From contig DFIX01000019.1 in the NCBI GenBank assembly GCA_002371495.1, positions 30,207-94,206 of the forward strand: 64,000 nucleotides of DNA. The letters are read 5' to 3'. The notes beneath the pieces were generated by a model that was not told where the DNA came from, made no database searches, and was given only the letters and a program-made list of their open reading frames with translations. Below are positions 63,953 through 64,000 of this stretch, piece by piece. The position numbers were made by a program, and so were the translations under genes. Source of the DNA: Eggerthellaceae bacterium UBA3686 (GTDB taxonomy: Bacteria; Actinomycetota; Coriobacteriia; Coriobacteriales; Eggerthellaceae). Position 1 is the stretch's first letter; each line of letters begins with the position of its first letter.

Positions 63953-64000
63953 GTCGATTGGCCCGAAATCGTCATCTTCAAACAGCGGATCAGCGAAATA

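Noticed and set aside
1-64000. Search for tRNA, rRNA, transposase, integrase, phage or toxin-antitoxin genes.
   Set aside because: I saw no T-loop/acceptor-type sequences, no rRNA-like stretches and no ORF with DDE, tyrosine-recombinase or serine-recombinase signatures. The low-GC islands lack mobility genes within the window.

Overview
High-GC Gram-positive chromosomal segment. Hand counts on sample 60-nt lines give about 67-70% GC in core genes. Gene content (nrdDG, cytoplasmic bis-MGD enzyme, Lgt, LCP, giant BspA-LRR/MBG/Flg_new surface proteins) suggests an anaerobic actinobacterium of the Coriobacteriia/Eggerthellaceae type; that placement is inference only. About 50 protein genes are supported, mostly on the minus strand. 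Housekeeping genes: murA, lgt, nrdD-nrdG, trxB, prfA-prmC, nadE, cysE, queD, thrH, pepC, an EF-G paralogue, PNP, a ROK kinase, Mrp/ApbC, a NifU-like protein, SPFH-NfeD and PaaK-ACT. No rRNA, tRNA, CRISPR array, transposase, integrase or phage gene was found. Items worth a second look: (1) A three-gene DMSO-reductase-family operon. Its catalytic subunit lacks both a Tat leader and the FS0 cysteines, and its 119-aa partner looks like a four-cluster ferredoxin with almost all Cys ligands replaced. It neighbours a SlyD-like FKBP and a divergently oriented aromatic-acid-type MFS transporter, and shares a promoter-proximal motif and a long leader with that transporter. (2) A divergent Elp3 (radical-SAM/GNAT) and Trm9-like methyltransferase pair, i.e. 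a eukaryote/archaea-style (m)cm5U34 tRNA toolkit. (3) A low-GC cassette of BspA-LRR protein, VWA/DUF2201 protein and MoxR ATPase. (4) A modular ~110-nt intergenic hairpin repeat family, at least 14 full or partial copies. The outer stems co-vary between copies while the inner core is conserved. Copies often occur as inverted pairs about 100-108 nt apart. (5) Two translationally coupled giant surface-protein genes. One has a twin-arginine leader plus an SPKTG sorting signal and an unusual uncharged beta-rich module. Several degenerate, probably non-catalytic enzyme homologues are also noted (DUF45, LCP, NadE N-domain, VWA N-domain).
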